The notes under the pieces were generated by a model that searched no databases, was not told where the DNA came from, and was given only the letters and a program-made list of their open reading frames with translations. A stretch of 32,000 nt of DNA, taken from NCBI RefSeq assembly GCF_000284115.1, contig NC_017080.1, positions 1,650,001 to 1,682,000 on the forward strand. The letters run 5' to 3'. This document shows, one piece after another, positions 8,301 to 17,990 of the stretch. How positions within the stretch are numbered: position 1 is the stretch's first letter; the number at the start of each line of letters is the position of its first letter. The DNA comes from Phycisphaera mikurensis NBRC 102666. GTDB lineage: Bacteria; Planctomycetota; Phycisphaerae; Phycisphaerales; Phycisphaeraceae. The position numbers and the translations under genes are program-made.

Positions 8301-8774
8301 TCAGCTGGTCTGCAGCGCGAGCGACGCGAGGCTCACGGTGCGCGGGTTCTGGGCGGCGTGCGGGTGCTCGGCACCGGCGTACACCTTCAGCTTGCCGTAC
8401 TGGGCCACGCCGAGCTTGCTCTTGGGGAGCATGCGGCGGACGGCGGTCTCGACGAGCCGCTCGGGGTGCTTGCCATCGAGGACCTCGCGCCAGGTGGTGA
8501 TGTGCCGGCCCGAGGGGTGACCCGAGAAACGCTCGTGGAACTTGTCATCGAGCTTGGTGCCGGTGACACGCACCTTGTCGGCGTTGACGACGACGACGAA
8601 GTCGCCGACGTCCACGTGGTTCGTGTAATGAGGCTTGTCCTTGCCCTGCAGGATGAACGCAACCTTGGCGGCGAGGCGGCCGAGGACGGCGCCCTCGGCG
8701 TCGACGATGGCCCAGCCGCGTGGGAAGGTTTCTTCCTGGCCGTTGCGGCGGGCGAGGGTGGTCTGGCGGTTCAT
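8301..8774 (-). CDS. rplM: 50S ribosomal protein L13
   Basis: MNRQTTLARRNGQEETFPRGWAIVDAEGAVLGRLAAKVAFILQGKDKPHYTNHVDVGDFVVVVNADKV...; directly upstream of rpsI. It forms the tail of the spurious 8301-14096 ORF. Confidence 0.95.
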   Translation of the reverse strand: MNRQTTLARRNGQEETFPRGWAIVDAEGAVLGRLAAKVAFILQGKDKPHYTNHVDVGDFVVVVNADKVRVTGTKLDDKFHERFSGHPSGRHITTWREVLDGKHPERLVETAVRRMLPKSKLGVAQYGKLKVYAGAEHPHAAQNPRTVSLASLALQTS

Positions 8775-8884
8775 CTTCGTTTCGGGAGGTTTTGGGGGTG
8801 GGCGGTGCGGCGACGCGACCGCCGCGGCGCGACCCTTGGCCGGCCGCTGTGCGGGGCGGGAGTTTAAGGAGCTTCCCGCCGCTG

Positions 8885-9970
8885 TCAAACGGAGGCCGTA
8901 CGCAGCCGGAGCAGCGACGCGGCGGCCGGCTGCACGCCGTTGCCGGCGCTGGGGGGGAAGCGGAGACGGCCGGAATCGAGCGTGACGCCGGCCGCCGCGG
9001 ACGCGACGACGTCGTCGGCGAGCAGCAGGGCCCCGTCGAGGTCGGCGAAGTCGACGGCGGGCAGCAGCTGGGCCGTCGCGGAGATGCCGACGGTCGTCTC
9101 GGTCATGCAGCCGACGCCGACGCGCAGGCCCAGGTCCCGCGCCTCGGCGGCCATCCGCAACGCGGGGGTCAGGCCTCCGCACTTGGCGGGCTTGAGGTTG
9201 ACACCGTGGAAGAAGCCGGCGCAGCGGGCGACGTCGGCCTCGCCGAAGCAGGCCTCGTCGGCGATGACCGGCAGCGGGCTCTCCTCGAAGAGGCGGCGGC
9301 GCTCGGCCTCGGGCGCGTCGACCCGCAGCGGCTGCTCCAGGAACTCGACGCCCAGATCGACCAGCCGCGGGCCGGCCTCGATCGCCTGCTCCAGCGTCCA
9401 CCCGGTGTTCGCGTCGACCCGCAGCGGCGCATCGGTCTCCTCCCGCAAACGCTCCACCCGGGCGAGGTCGGCGGCGAGATCGCCCGACCCCAGCTTCACC
9501 TTGTAGACCGGGAAGCCCGGACGCTCCGCGAGCCGCGCCGCCATCGCGTCGGGTTCCGCGAGGCCGATTGTGAAGTCCGACGGCGGGTACGCCGCCTCGT
9601 CCTCGCCGAACCCGAGCATGCGGCGCGTCGTCGAGCCCGCCCGCTTGGCCCAGAGGTCGTGCGCCGCGGCGTCGAGCGCCGCGAGCGCGAAGGGCTGCTC
9701 CGCGAGGTGCGGCGCGAGCCCCGCCCACCAGCTCTCCGGGTCCAGCAGCGGCACGCCTTCGGCCACGCCACGCACGCCCTCCAGGGCCGCGATCAGCGTC
9801 GCGGTCGTCACCCCGAAGTACGGGATCCCCGCCGCCTCGCCGAAGCCGCTTAGGCCGGCCTGCTCGTCGTGCAGCTCCACCACCACGTTGCGCTGCACCG
9901 TCCGCGTCCCGTGCGCGAGCGTCCAGGGGTGGCGGAGCGGGATCTCGATGGGGTGGAGGATCAGCTTCAT
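8885..9970 (-). CDS. Enolase-superfamily mandelate racemase/muconate lactonizing enzyme, probably a dipeptide epimerase
   Basis: 361 aa; MKLILHPIEIPLRHPWTLAHGTRT..., KVKLGSGD, LRVDANTGWT, VIADEACF, GVNLKPAKCGGLTPALRMAAEARDLGLRVGVGCMTETTVG. Confidence 0.85.
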   Translation of the reverse strand: MKLILHPIEIPLRHPWTLAHGTRTVQRNVVVELHDEQAGLSGFGEAAGIPYFGVTTATLIAALEGVRGVAEGVPLLDPESWWAGLAPHLAEQPFALAALDAAAHDLWAKRAGSTTRRMLGFGEDEAAYPPSDFTIGLAEPDAMAARLAERPGFPVYKVKLGSGDLAADLARVERLREETDAPLRVDANTGWTLEQAIEAGPRLVDLGVEFLEQPLRVDAPEAERRRLFEESPLPVIADEACFGEADVARCAGFFHGVNLKPAKCGGLTPALRMAAEARDLGLRVGVGCMTETTVGISATAQLLPAVDFADLDGALLLADDVVASAAAGVTLDSGRLRFPPSAGNGVQPAAASLLRLRTASV

Positions 9971-10069
9971 GATTCGGACCGGGCCGGACGGGGCGGCCGC
10001 CCCGCAGCGAAGCAGATCCGAGGGGGTCTCGGCCCGCCGGTGGGGCTGCGCCGGCCGCCCCGGGCCGCT

Positions 10070-13000
10070 TCAGGAGACCCAGCGGCTCCGCGGCAGGAAG
10101 ACCAGCGACACGACCGCGAGGTGGAGTGCGACCGCGACCAGCATCCAGAACACCGCGGAGTCGATGAAGCCGTAGCTGTGCAGGCCCGTGCCGAGCATGT
10201 TCACGCCGAACCAGCTCCAGAGCGTCACGATGTTGCCGATCACCGCGATGGCCGCGATGCCGCGGCCCTTCACCAGACCGCCCACGCGGGCGTGCAAGAG
10301 GACCGCGGTCCAGAGCACGATCATCAGGGCGCCGTTCTCCTTCGGATCCCAGCCCCAGAAGCGGCCCCAGCTCTGGTCGGCCCAGATGCCGCCGAGGATC
10401 GTGCCGACGAAGGACAGCAGCAGCGCAAAGCCCGTGACGCCGACGATGGCGGCGGTGACGCGGCGGCGCGTCTCCGCTTTCTTGAGCAGCGGCGTGTAGA
10501 CGCCGCCGACGAGGTAGGCGATGCCGAGCACGCCGGCGACGAAGACCGCCGAGTAGCCCAAGGTGATGATCACGACGTGCGTGGCGAGCCAGAAATTGGT
10601 GTCCAGCACGGCCTGCAGCACGGCCATCGTGTCGCCGCTGTCCAGCGCCCGGGCGACCAGCAGCGTGGTGAAGCCGGTGACCGCGGCGACGGCCAGGCCG
10701 AGGCCCAGGCGGGCGATCGGCTCGAGCAGCAGGCCGAGGATGACCACGCCCCAGCCCACGAAGACGGCGGAGCTGTAGAGGTTGGTCACCGGCGGCCGCC
10801 CGGAGAGGTAGACCCGCACGCCCAGCCCCGCGGTGTGCACCACCAGGGCGGCGAGCAGCAGGACGACGGCCGCCCGGCGGAGGGCCCGCGGCCAGGCCAG
10901 CCAGCTCACCGCAACGGCGATGCCGGCCAGGACGTACAGGGCCATCGCCCGCTGGTAGGGCGCGTATTCGTTGAAGACGACCTCGGTCTCGGCCTTGGAG
11001 ACGGCGTCGGGGTGGGCGGCCCCGAGGATGCTCGCCAGCGCCTTCGCCACCTCGGCGGTCGTGCCGGGGTGGCCCCCAGCGAAGGCCTCGATGGCGACGG
11101 AGTAGGAGACGGCGACGGGGTCGGGCGGCCCGGCGGGGCCCGGGGCGGGGGCGTCGTGGAACCCAAGCGCGTGATCGGCCACGCCGTCCCCGTCGTGGTC
11201 GTGCGGGACGCCCCCGCCGGCCGCCGACCCGCCATCGCCGTGCGCCTCGGGGCCGTGGTCCGCCACGCCGTCCCCGTCGTGGTCGTGCGCGACGGCTTCG
11301 GCGTGGCGGTGCTCGTGCTGCGGGCCGACGCCCGCGGCGGCGAGCGTCAGCCAGCCGCCGTCCCGCTCGGGCTCGCCGGCGTCGAGCCTCGGCGGGACGA
11401 CCTGCTCGGTGGAGAGCGTGGCGAGGTTCTCGAAGCGGGTGAGGTGGCTCGCGAGATTCAGCACCTCCCGCTCGAACGCGTTGCGGTCGTTGGCCGCGAC
11501 GGCGTCGGCGAGCCCGACCTGCTCGGCGAGCTTCTCGCGGTGCGGCGCGACCTCGGCGTAGGAGAAGCGCTTCCGTTCGGGGTCGTAGACGCCGAGGATC
11601 GCCTTGGTCCCGGGGTGGTCGACGCGGAACACCTTCGCCGCGTCCCAGCCGTCGCGGCGGGCGAGCAGGTCGAGCAGCCAGGCGTCCGCGGCCTGCTCCA
11701 CGCCCTCGCCGTCTCGGACGGTCGAGCGGCCGCCCAGCGAGGTCAGCGTGTCCCGGGCGACGGAGTCCCAGGGCTTGATGCGGCCGCCGGAGGACACCGG
11801 CAGCGCCGCGAAACGCGCGACGGCGTCGGCTTCGGAGCCGGGCTCGGTCGCCTCGGTCCGGGGCAGCAGCACGAGCCCGGCGAGCAGGAGGGCGGCGGCG
11901 GGCACCGCCAACGCCGGCCAGCGGCGTCCCGACGGCTCGGCCGGAGCGGCTCGCTCCCGCCGCGCCCCCGCCCGCGCGCGTTCGGCGCGGTCGCGGCGGA
12001 GGTAGCCGAAGAGGCGGATCGCGAAGTGCATCGTGAGGCCCAATCCGCCGACCGTGACGGCGATGTACGGCACCGTCCAGCCCGGGTTGTCGACCACCTG
12101 CAGCACGGTCCCGCGGTCGTCGCCGCCGGCGGGCCCGGGGCGGATCCAGTTCATCTGAAACCACGTCTCGCCGGCGTACCGCAGCGGCTCGTTCATGCGG
12201 ATCAGCGCCGGCCGCTCCGTGCCTCCGGCCTCGATCAGCGTCACCTCGCTCGAGAAGTTCTTGGGCACCTGCGTGCCCGGGTAGAGGTCGTGGCGGAACT
12301 CCTCGAGGCGGACGGCGAAGTCGCGGTAGATCCGCTCGAAGCGCATCGAGACGCCCAGCTCGCCGTCGGGCGTGGCGAGCTTCTGGATGACCGGCACGTA
12401 CGGCGTCGCCGGGTCCTCCAGCCGCGTGCTGACGACGAGGCTCCCAAGCGGGGCCTCGTCGGCGGTGCTCACCAGCTCGACCACGGCGGCGGGCTCGTCC
12501 ACGCGCTGCTCGCCGGCACCGGACACCCGATCCACCTCGCCCGCGAAGAGCCGGCCGGCCCCGAGGCCGTCGGTGGCCTGCACGGGCATCGGCGGCGCCC
12601 CCTCGACCGGCGTCTCGGGCCGCGCCAGCAGGCGCGCGTTGGGCATGAAGTCGATCACGCGGAGGGCCACGCCCAGGCCCGGCAGCGGGATCGCCTCGCC
12701 GCTGCCCTCGGCTTCGGCGAGCAGGTCCTGCGGGACCGCCCAAGTCGTCACCTTCCCCGGCTCGCCCTCGACGGGCCGCGTGATCGCGATCTCGCTGGTG
12801 CGGATGTCCTGGCTCCAGGTCGTCGTCTGGCCGTCGTAGATCGGCATCTGCGACTCGTGCGCGACGGCGGCGGTGAGCCCCTCGCCGAGCAGCAGCAGGA
12901 TGAGCGAGGCGTGGACGAGCACCAGCCCGCTGCGGTTGCCGAAGAGCACCTGGCAGCCCGCGAGCAGCGGCAGCATCAGCAGCAGGCCGAGCCCGAACAG

Positions 13001-13465
13001 CGGGACGAGGCCGTGGTCCACGACGGCCGACGTCACCGGCGGGTACAGGAAGGTGATCGCGACCAACGCGACGCCGACGAGCGTCAGGGCGTAGCCCAGG
13101 GCCCGCCGGCCGGTGCCGGGCAGCACCTTGAAGCGCACGCCGTGCGCGGCGACCAGATTGATCAGCAGCAGCGCACCCAGCAGGCCGCCGCCGACGAAGG
13201 GGAACCCGCCGGGGATGGTGTTGCCGCGGGGCCCGAACAGCGACAGCGGCACCCACACCCACACGCTGCGGAAGTAGTCCTCCATCACCGCCCACAGGCC
13301 CTGCTGCGTCTGGGCGAGCGTGCCGAAGAAGATCAGCAGCGTCGTGAGCGTCATCAGCGTGACGGTGAGCTTCAGCGACGCGAGCGGGCGCAGCAGCGAC
13401 GCGGCGGTCAGCCCGCGGGCTCGCTCGCGGGTGAGCACGTTCGGGTTCGCGGTGAGCGTGGTCAT
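10070..13465 (-). CDS. Fused ResB-CcsA cytochrome c biogenesis protein (System II)
   Basis: 1131 aa from MTTLTANPNVLTRERARG. ResB-like N-terminal half; CcsA-like C-terminal half with WWD-type motif WGRFWGWDPKENGALM. ATG overlaps the upstream stop (ATGA). Confidence 0.9.
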   Translation of the reverse strand: MTTLTANPNVLTRERARGLTAASLLRPLASLKLTVTLMTLTTLLIFFGTLAQTQQGLWAVMEDYFRSVWVWVPLSLFGPRGNTIPGGFPFVGGGLLGALLLINLVAAHGVRFKVLPGTGRRALGYALTLVGVALVAITFLYPPVTSAVVDHGLVPLFGLGLLLMLPLLAGCQVLFGNRSGLVLVHASLILLLLGEGLTAAVAHESQMPIYDGQTTTWSQDIRTSEIAITRPVEGEPGKVTTWAVPQDLLAEAEGSGEAIPLPGLGVALRVIDFMPNARLLARPETPVEGAPPMPVQATDGLGAGRLFAGEVDRVSGAGEQRVDEPAAVVELVSTADEAPLGSLVVSTRLEDPATPYVPVIQKLATPDGELGVSMRFERIYRDFAVRLEEFRHDLYPGTQVPKNFSSEVTLIEAGGTERPALIRMNEPLRYAGETWFQMNWIRPGPAGGDDRGTVLQVVDNPGWTVPYIAVTVGGLGLTMHFAIRLFGYLRRDRAERARAGARRERAAPAEPSGRRWPALAVPAAALLLAGLVLLPRTEATEPGSEADAVARFAALPVSSGGRIKPWDSVARDTLTSLGGRSTVRDGEGVEQAADAWLLDLLARRDGWDAAKVFRVDHPGTKAILGVYDPERKRFSYAEVAPHREKLAEQVGLADAVAANDRNAFEREVLNLASHLTRFENLATLSTEQVVPPRLDAGEPERDGGWLTLAAAGVGPQHEHRHAEAVAHDHDGDGVADHGPEAHGDGGSAAGGGVPHDHDGDGVADHALGFHDAPAPGPAGPPDPVAVSYSVAIEAFAGGHPGTTAEVAKALASILGAAHPDAVSKAETEVVFNEYAPYQRAMALYVLAGIAVAVSWLAWPRALRRAAVVLLLAALVVHTAGLGVRVYLSGRPPVTNLYSSAVFVGWGVVILGLLLEPIARLGLGLAVAAVTGFTTLLVARALDSGDTMAVLQAVLDTNFWLATHVVIITLGYSAVFVAGVLGIAYLVGGVYTPLLKKAETRRRVTAAIVGVTGFALLLSFVGTILGGIWADQSWGRFWGWDPKENGALMIVLWTAVLLHARVGGLVKGRGIAAIAVIGNIVTLWSWFGVNMLGTGLHSYGFIDSAVFWMLVAVALHLAVVSLVFLPRSRWVS
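11179..11289. repeat. In-frame 27-bp direct repeat encoding HDHDGDGVADH twice
   Basis: CCACGCCGTCCCCGTCGTGGTCGTGCG at 11179-11205 and again at 11263-11289 (84 bp = 28 codons apart). Confidence 0.85.
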
Positions 13466-14139
13466 GGGGAGGGGGCGGCGGCGTCGGCGGGCGCGGCGTC
13501 GGCGGGGCGGAGCGAGGCGAGGAAGCGGTCGAGCGCTGGCGTCTCCCGCTCGATGGCGGCGGGCGTCCCCGTCGCTTTGACGTACCAGGTGGCGTCGTCG
13601 AGCACGAACCACGCGATGCGTTGCGCGGCGGGCGGCGTGGCGTCGGCGTTGGCGAGCGTGACGACCATGCCCGGCAGGCCGCCCTCGCCGGTGGGGGCGG
13701 GCGAGACGGCGGCGATAACGGCTCCGCGATCGACCGGCGGGAGCCCGAGCTGCCCGCGCCAGCGGTTGACGTTGGCGGCGATGCCGCCGGCTTGCCCGGG
13801 CACCCGGCTGATCGCGACCTCGACCTCCTCGCCGGCGCCGGTGGAGTCGCCCTTGAGCGTCGCCGTGCGGAACTGGTTGCTCTCGCCGGTGTCGCGGTAC
13901 CCCGCCGGCGTCTGCCAGTGCAGCCCGCCGCTCTCGGCCGCCGCGGCGGCGAGCGGCGGGGCGGCCGGTGGAGCCGCCGCGGGTGCGGGCACGCCGTCGG
14001 CGGGAGCCTCGTAGACGCGGACCTGCGGCGCGTCGCCGCAGCCGCCGACGAGCAGGGCAGAAGCGAGGAGCAGCCGCCGCGGACCGCGAGGACCACGGGC
14101 GGTGGGGAGCTTCGATCCGCGGGGCCACAGCATTCGCAT
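13462..14139 (-). CDS. Predicted lipoprotein of unknown function, coupled to resB-ccsA
   Basis: 225 aa; LLLASALLVGGCGDAPQ lipobox; stop overlaps the ATG of the downstream ResB-CcsA gene. N-terminal start uncertain. Confidence 0.65.
   Translation of the reverse strand: MRMLWPRGSKLPTARGPRGPRRLLLASALLVGGCGDAPQVRVYEAPADGVPAPAAAPPAAPPLAAAAAESGGLHWQTPAGYRDTGESNQFRTATLKGDSTGAGEEVEVAISRVPGQAGGIAANVNRWRGQLGLPPVDRGAVIAAVSPAPTGEGGLPGMVVTLANADATPPAAQRIAWFVLDDATWYVKATGTPAAIERETPALDRFLASLRPADAAPADAAAPSP
14077..14122. repeat. 46-bp dyad, near 5' end of lipoprotein ORF
   Basis: CCGCGGACCG 14077-14086 and CGATCCGCGG 14113-14122 (one mismatch from the exact reverse complement). Confidence 0.7.
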
Positions 14140-14216
14140 CGTCGGGCGGGGAGGTCCCCGGGGCGGCCGTGCCGCGCCGCCGGGCCGTCACATTAGGACG
14201 GCACCCACCGCCGGAT

Positions 14217-14262
14217 CCGCGGACCGTGGCCGGTTCTGCCCCGCGGGGCCGACGGTCCGCGG
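14217..14262. repeat. 46-bp dyad, intergenic upstream of crcB
   Basis: CCGCGGACCGT 14217-14227 and ACGGTCCGCGG 14252-14262, exact 11-bp reverse complements; interior contains GCCCCGCGGGGC. Confidence 0.85.
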
Positions 14263-14346
14263 GGGGCGGCGGTCCGCGCCGCCGCGCCCCGCCGCCCGCC
14301 ACGGCTCGGGCCTCGGAGCCCCCCGGGCGTCCACTAGCTTCGGGCC

Positions 14347-14754
14347 ATGGCAGGATCCTCGGAGCGGTGGCTGACGCTGGGGCTGATCGCGGTCGCCGGC
14401 GGTGCGGGCGCGCTCAGCCGCTACGGCTTCACGCTGGCTCTGGGCCGGCTGCACGGCGCCGAGGCGACGGTCCGGCCGCTGGCGACGCTGGGCGTCAACG
14501 CGACCGGCTGCCTCGCCTTCGGCTTCTTCTGGGCCGCCGCCGCCGGCCGCGGCGACGCGTGGTCGATCGGCCGGGTCGCCGTGCTGACCGGCTTCCTGGG
14601 CGCCTTCACCACCTTCTCGACCTTCGGCTTCGAGGTGGCCTCGCTGCTGCGGGCCGGGCGTCCCGCAGCAGCCCTCGCGGTCGTGGCCGCCCAGAACGCG
14701 ATCGGCATCGCCATGGCGTGGGCGGGGATCTGGCTGGGTACCCGGGCGATCTGA
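14347..14754 (+). CDS. crcB: Fluoride ion transporter CrcB/FluC
   Basis: 135 aa; GGAGALSRYGF, TLGVNATGCLAFGF, LTGFLGAFTTFSTFGFE. Confidence 0.93.
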   Translation: MAGSSERWLTLGLIAVAGGAGALSRYGFTLALGRLHGAEATVRPLATLGVNATGCLAFGFFWAAAAGRGDAWSIGRVAVLTGFLGAFTTFSTFGFEVASLLRAGRPAAALAVVAAQNAIGIAMAWAGIWLGTRAI

Positions 14755-14763
14755 AGCGGTCGC

Positions 14764-16737
14764 TCAGCCCTCGTCGGTGAAGCCGAGCCGCTCCCGGAGC
14801 GCGGCTTCGGAGACCGGATCCTCGTCCTCCTCGGCGATCAGCACCCGGTCGAGCCCGGTGAGCACGCCCGAAGCCACCGCCGAGCGGAGGTCCGCCCGCG
14901 TGGGCCGCTCCAGCGCGTCGATGCGCAGGATGCCCAGGGCCATGCGGCCGTCGATCCCCGCCGCGACCAGCCGCTCCGCGGCGGGCAGCGCCTCGACGTC
15001 GGCGTCGGCGGGCAGGCCGGCGACGGCCTCGAAGGCGGCGTCCACGAGCGCCGGGGCGCGGCCCGCCTCGGGGAGGGTGGGGGCCGCCGGGCGCCCGTCG
15101 AGGGTGCGGCGGGTGCGACGCGGGAAGGGGGGCGCATCGACGATGGAGCGGGCGTCCAGCGCGTCGATGCCATCGCTCGCGGCTTGGGCGAGCAGGGCGT
15201 CGCGTCGGCCGAGCAACGACTCGTACGCCGACACCCGCGCCGCGTCGGAAGCGACCTCCTCCCGAACCGCTTCCAGCGACTCCGGCTCGTGAGCCGCGTC
15301 GGCCGCCGTGATGCGGACCAGGTGCAGCGAGCCGTCGCGGAAGTCGGTGAGCAGCGGCATGGCCACGCCGACCTGCACGGGGACGAGGCTCACCTCCGGC
15401 AGCAGCTCGTCGCCCGCCGCGGCGGGGTCGGCGGGTGCTTCCGGGCCGAAGGCGGGCAGCTCCATCAGCAGCGACGCGAAGGGCAGCCGAAGCTCCGGCA
15501 GCCCGGCGGTGGCCAGGCCCTCCAGTGCGGCGGCGTCCTCCACGGGGATCAGCCGGTCGGTGCGGCGGGTGAGGCGGGGCTCCACGCCGGTGGACGCGCG
15601 GACGAGCTCCGCGAGCTCCTCTAGGGCGGGCGCGTTGTAGGCGACGCCCGGCCCGAGCTCGAGCCGCCCGTCCGGGGCGGTGGGGATGCCGCGGCGTGCC
15701 GCCTCCAGCTCGCCGCGCAGCAGGTTCGCGGCGTCGCGGAGCTTGGCGTCGGCCCGGCGTTCGAGCAGGCGTGACTCCACCTCGAGGCGCTGGGCTTCGG
15801 TGGGGGTGGCGCCGGGGTTGTCGCGGCGGAAGGCCTCGAGCACGTCCACCGTGCCCACCTCCACCGTGTCACGGACCGCCTGCATGGGCACCGAGAGCGC
15901 CTCCAGGCTCACCCGGTCGGGCACGCGGTAGCCGAAGGGGTAGGGCGAGCCGCGGCCGGGGAGGAAGCTGCTGTACTCGGCGAAGAGACGCTGCAGCTGC
16001 GCCTCGCTCACGCCGGCCCGCGCCGCGTCGTCGACCTCGGGCTCGAGCACGGCGAGCCGCCCGCTCACCCGCTCCGCCTCGTCGTGCAGCACCGCCTCGA
16101 CGAAGGGCGGCGAGAGCCGGCCGGTGCCGCCGATGCTGTTGGCAAACTGCTGCTCGAGCTGCCGCTGGAAGGCCGGGCCGAACTGCTGAGCCTGCTCGGA
16201 GCGGAGGAAGTTCTGCGCCTCGTTGAGCATCTGCAGGGCCACCAGCCCCGGGGACGACGAGAGCGTGGCGCCGGTGGAGTCGAAGCGGTGGCCGCTGGCG
16301 AGCATGCGGTACCGCTCCGCCACCAGGAAGTCGCGCATCACCGAGCGCAGGTCGTCCACCCGCAGGCCCAAACGCTCGGCCGCCTCGGCCGCTGCGTCGG
16401 TGTTGGGGTCGATGCCCCGCGACGCGAGGGCCTGGCTCACCTCCACGTCGGAGGCGCCCAGGCCCGCCGCCTCGGCGTCGCGGAGCATCAGGAACCACTG
16501 CTCGCGCTCGTAGTTGGCGAGCCCGCCGAGCCCGAGCCGCTGGAGGATCTCGAGGCCGCGGCTCGCCGCCGCCAGCTCGCTGGAGGTCACGCCCTCGTCC
16601 CCGATGCTGCCGACCACCCGGTCACCGGGCTTGGGGCTGAACTGCTGGATCGCCTGCGGGATCAGGAACGCGACCATCAGGACCGCGCAGCCGATCACCA
16701 GGATGAACTTGTTGTACTTGCGGAACCATCGGAGCAT
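14764..16737 (-). CDS. PpiD/SurA-like periplasmic folding protein with N-terminal membrane anchor
   Basis: 657 aa; MLRWFRKYNKFILVIGCAVLMVAFLIPQAIQQF anchor followed by a SurA_N-like region with repeated long helices. A catalytic PPIase domain is not clearly recognised. Confidence 0.65.
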   Translation of the reverse strand: MLRWFRKYNKFILVIGCAVLMVAFLIPQAIQQFSPKPGDRVVGSIGDEGVTSSELAAASRGLEILQRLGLGGLANYEREQWFLMLRDAEAAGLGASDVEVSQALASRGIDPNTDAAAEAAERLGLRVDDLRSVMRDFLVAERYRMLASGHRFDSTGATLSSSPGLVALQMLNEAQNFLRSEQAQQFGPAFQRQLEQQFANSIGGTGRLSPPFVEAVLHDEAERVSGRLAVLEPEVDDAARAGVSEAQLQRLFAEYSSFLPGRGSPYPFGYRVPDRVSLEALSVPMQAVRDTVEVGTVDVLEAFRRDNPGATPTEAQRLEVESRLLERRADAKLRDAANLLRGELEAARRGIPTAPDGRLELGPGVAYNAPALEELAELVRASTGVEPRLTRRTDRLIPVEDAAALEGLATAGLPELRLPFASLLMELPAFGPEAPADPAAAGDELLPEVSLVPVQVGVAMPLLTDFRDGSLHLVRITAADAAHEPESLEAVREEVASDAARVSAYESLLGRRDALLAQAASDGIDALDARSIVDAPPFPRRTRRTLDGRPAAPTLPEAGRAPALVDAAFEAVAGLPADADVEALPAAERLVAAGIDGRMALGILRIDALERPTRADLRSAVASGVLTGLDRVLIAEEDEDPVSEAALRERLGFTDEG

Positions 16738-16892
16738 GTCCGCGAGACGGTACCGATTCTCCGGCGCGACACCCGGCCGCGGAGCCGGTGCGGAGGAGCC
16801 GGGCGGCGGCTAAGCGTCGCCTTGAGTCGGCAAGAAGAGCCCGCGGAACCTCCGGCTCCGCCGTCTTCGCCGCGCGAGCGGCCGGGGGCCGT

Positions 16893-17738
16893 TCACTCCC
16901 CGGGGACGTAGGAGATGACGCCGTCCCACGGGCTGCTGGCGGTGGCGTAGAGCCTGCGGGGGATGCGGCCGGCGAGGTAGCTGTTGCGGCCGGCGGCGGT
17001 GGCGTCGCGCATCGCGCGGGCCATCCGGACGGGGTCGGCGGCGTGGGCGATGGCGGTGTTGAGCAGCACGCCGTCGGCGCCGAGCTCCATGGCGACCGCG
17101 ACGTCGGAGGCGCAGCCGACGCCGGCGTCGACGATGACGGGGTAGCCCGGATCGCCGTCCTTGAGCATCTCCAGGATGATCGCGATCGCGTTGCGGTTGA
17201 GCACGCCCTGGCCCGAGCCGATGGGCGAGCCGGCGGGCATCACGGCCGCGGCGCCGGCGGCCTTGAGCCGATTCGCCATCACCGGATCGTCGCTGGTGTA
17301 GACGAGCACCGCGAAGCCGTCGGCGACCAGCTGCTCGGTGGCCCGCAGCGTGCCGACGGGGTCGGGCAGCAGCGTCTTCTTGTCGGAGAGGACTTCCAGC
17401 TTCACCCAGTCCTTGCCCGGGTGATCCAGCTGATCGAGCAGCTCGCGGCCGAGGCGGGCGACGCGGACGGCGTCGTCGGCGTCGAAGCAGCCGGCGGTGT
17501 TGGGCAGCACGGTGTACCGGCCGAGGTCGAGGTGGTCGAGCAGCGACGCGCCGGCCTCGTTGACCAGCCGCTCGCGGCGGACCGCGACGGTGACGACGTC
17601 GCAGCCGGAGGCGTCGAGCGCAGCGGCCATCCGCTCGAAGGTGTCGTACTTGCCGGTCCCCACGATCAGGCGGCTGGCGAAGCCGTGGAAGCCGGCTCTA
17701 AGCGGCCGGTCGGCGGGCAGGGTCTGCGTGTCGCTCAT
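16893..17738 (-). CDS. thiG: Thiazole synthase
   Basis: 281 aa; [54 protein letters not shown]. Confidence 0.96.
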   Translation of the reverse strand: MSDTQTLPADRPLRAGFHGFASRLIVGTGKYDTFERMAAALDASGCDVVTVAVRRERLVNEAGASLLDHLDLGRYTVLPNTAGCFDADDAVRVARLGRELLDQLDHPGKDWVKLEVLSDKKTLLPDPVGTLRATEQLVADGFAVLVYTSDDPVMANRLKAAGAAAVMPAGSPIGSGQGVLNRNAIAIILEMLKDGDPGYPVIVDAGVGCASDVAVAMELGADGVLLNTAIAHAADPVRMARAMRDATAAGRNSYLAGRIPRRLYATASSPWDGVISYVPGE

Positions 17739-17743
17739 GGTGT

Positions 17744-17944
17744 TCAGCCGCCGCCGACGAGGGTGACCAGCTCGATCGTGTCGTTCTCCGCGAGGGCCGT
17801 CTCGGCGTGCTCCCGCTTGGGGACGACGGCCCCGTTGCGCTCCGCGGCGACGGGCTTGCCCGCAAGGCCGAGATCGGCGACGAGGTCGGCCAGCGTGGCG
17901 GCCCGCGAGTCGCGGGGGGTTCCGTTGACGGTCAGGCGGGGCAT
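17744..17944 (-). CDS. thiS: Sulfur carrier protein ThiS
   Basis: 66 aa from [12 protein letters not shown] to C-terminal GG (LVTLVGGG); immediately upstream of thiG. Confidence 0.9.
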   Translation of the reverse strand: MPRLTVNGTPRDSRAATLADLVADLGLAGKPVAAERNGAVVPKREHAETALAENDTIELVTLVGGG

Positions 17945-17990
17945 GGGCGCATCGTAGAGCCGCGCGATCCGGCCTCCGTACCCTCTCCCG

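Noticed and set aside
8301-14096. 1931-aa minus-strand ORF, and other huge ORFs (9869-14014 +, 3087-5129 -, 24751-27825 +, 16788-17957 +, 18816-20699 +)
   Set aside because: Arg/Pro/Ala/Gly-rich translations overlapping well-recognised genes in other frames. These are typical stop-poor artefacts of very high GC; only their tails sometimes coincide with real genes (rplM, DUF5718-like, YlbF-like).
14140-14346. Fluoride riboswitch upstream of crcB
   Set aside because: No recognisable crcB-motif conserved segments could be seen; the structure present is explained by the 46-bp dyad. A covariance-model search would be decisive.
17945-17990. TPP riboswitch upstream of thiS
   Set aside because: Only ~46 nt separate thiS from the divergent methyltransferase start, and no CUGAGA-type thi-box sequence is visible.
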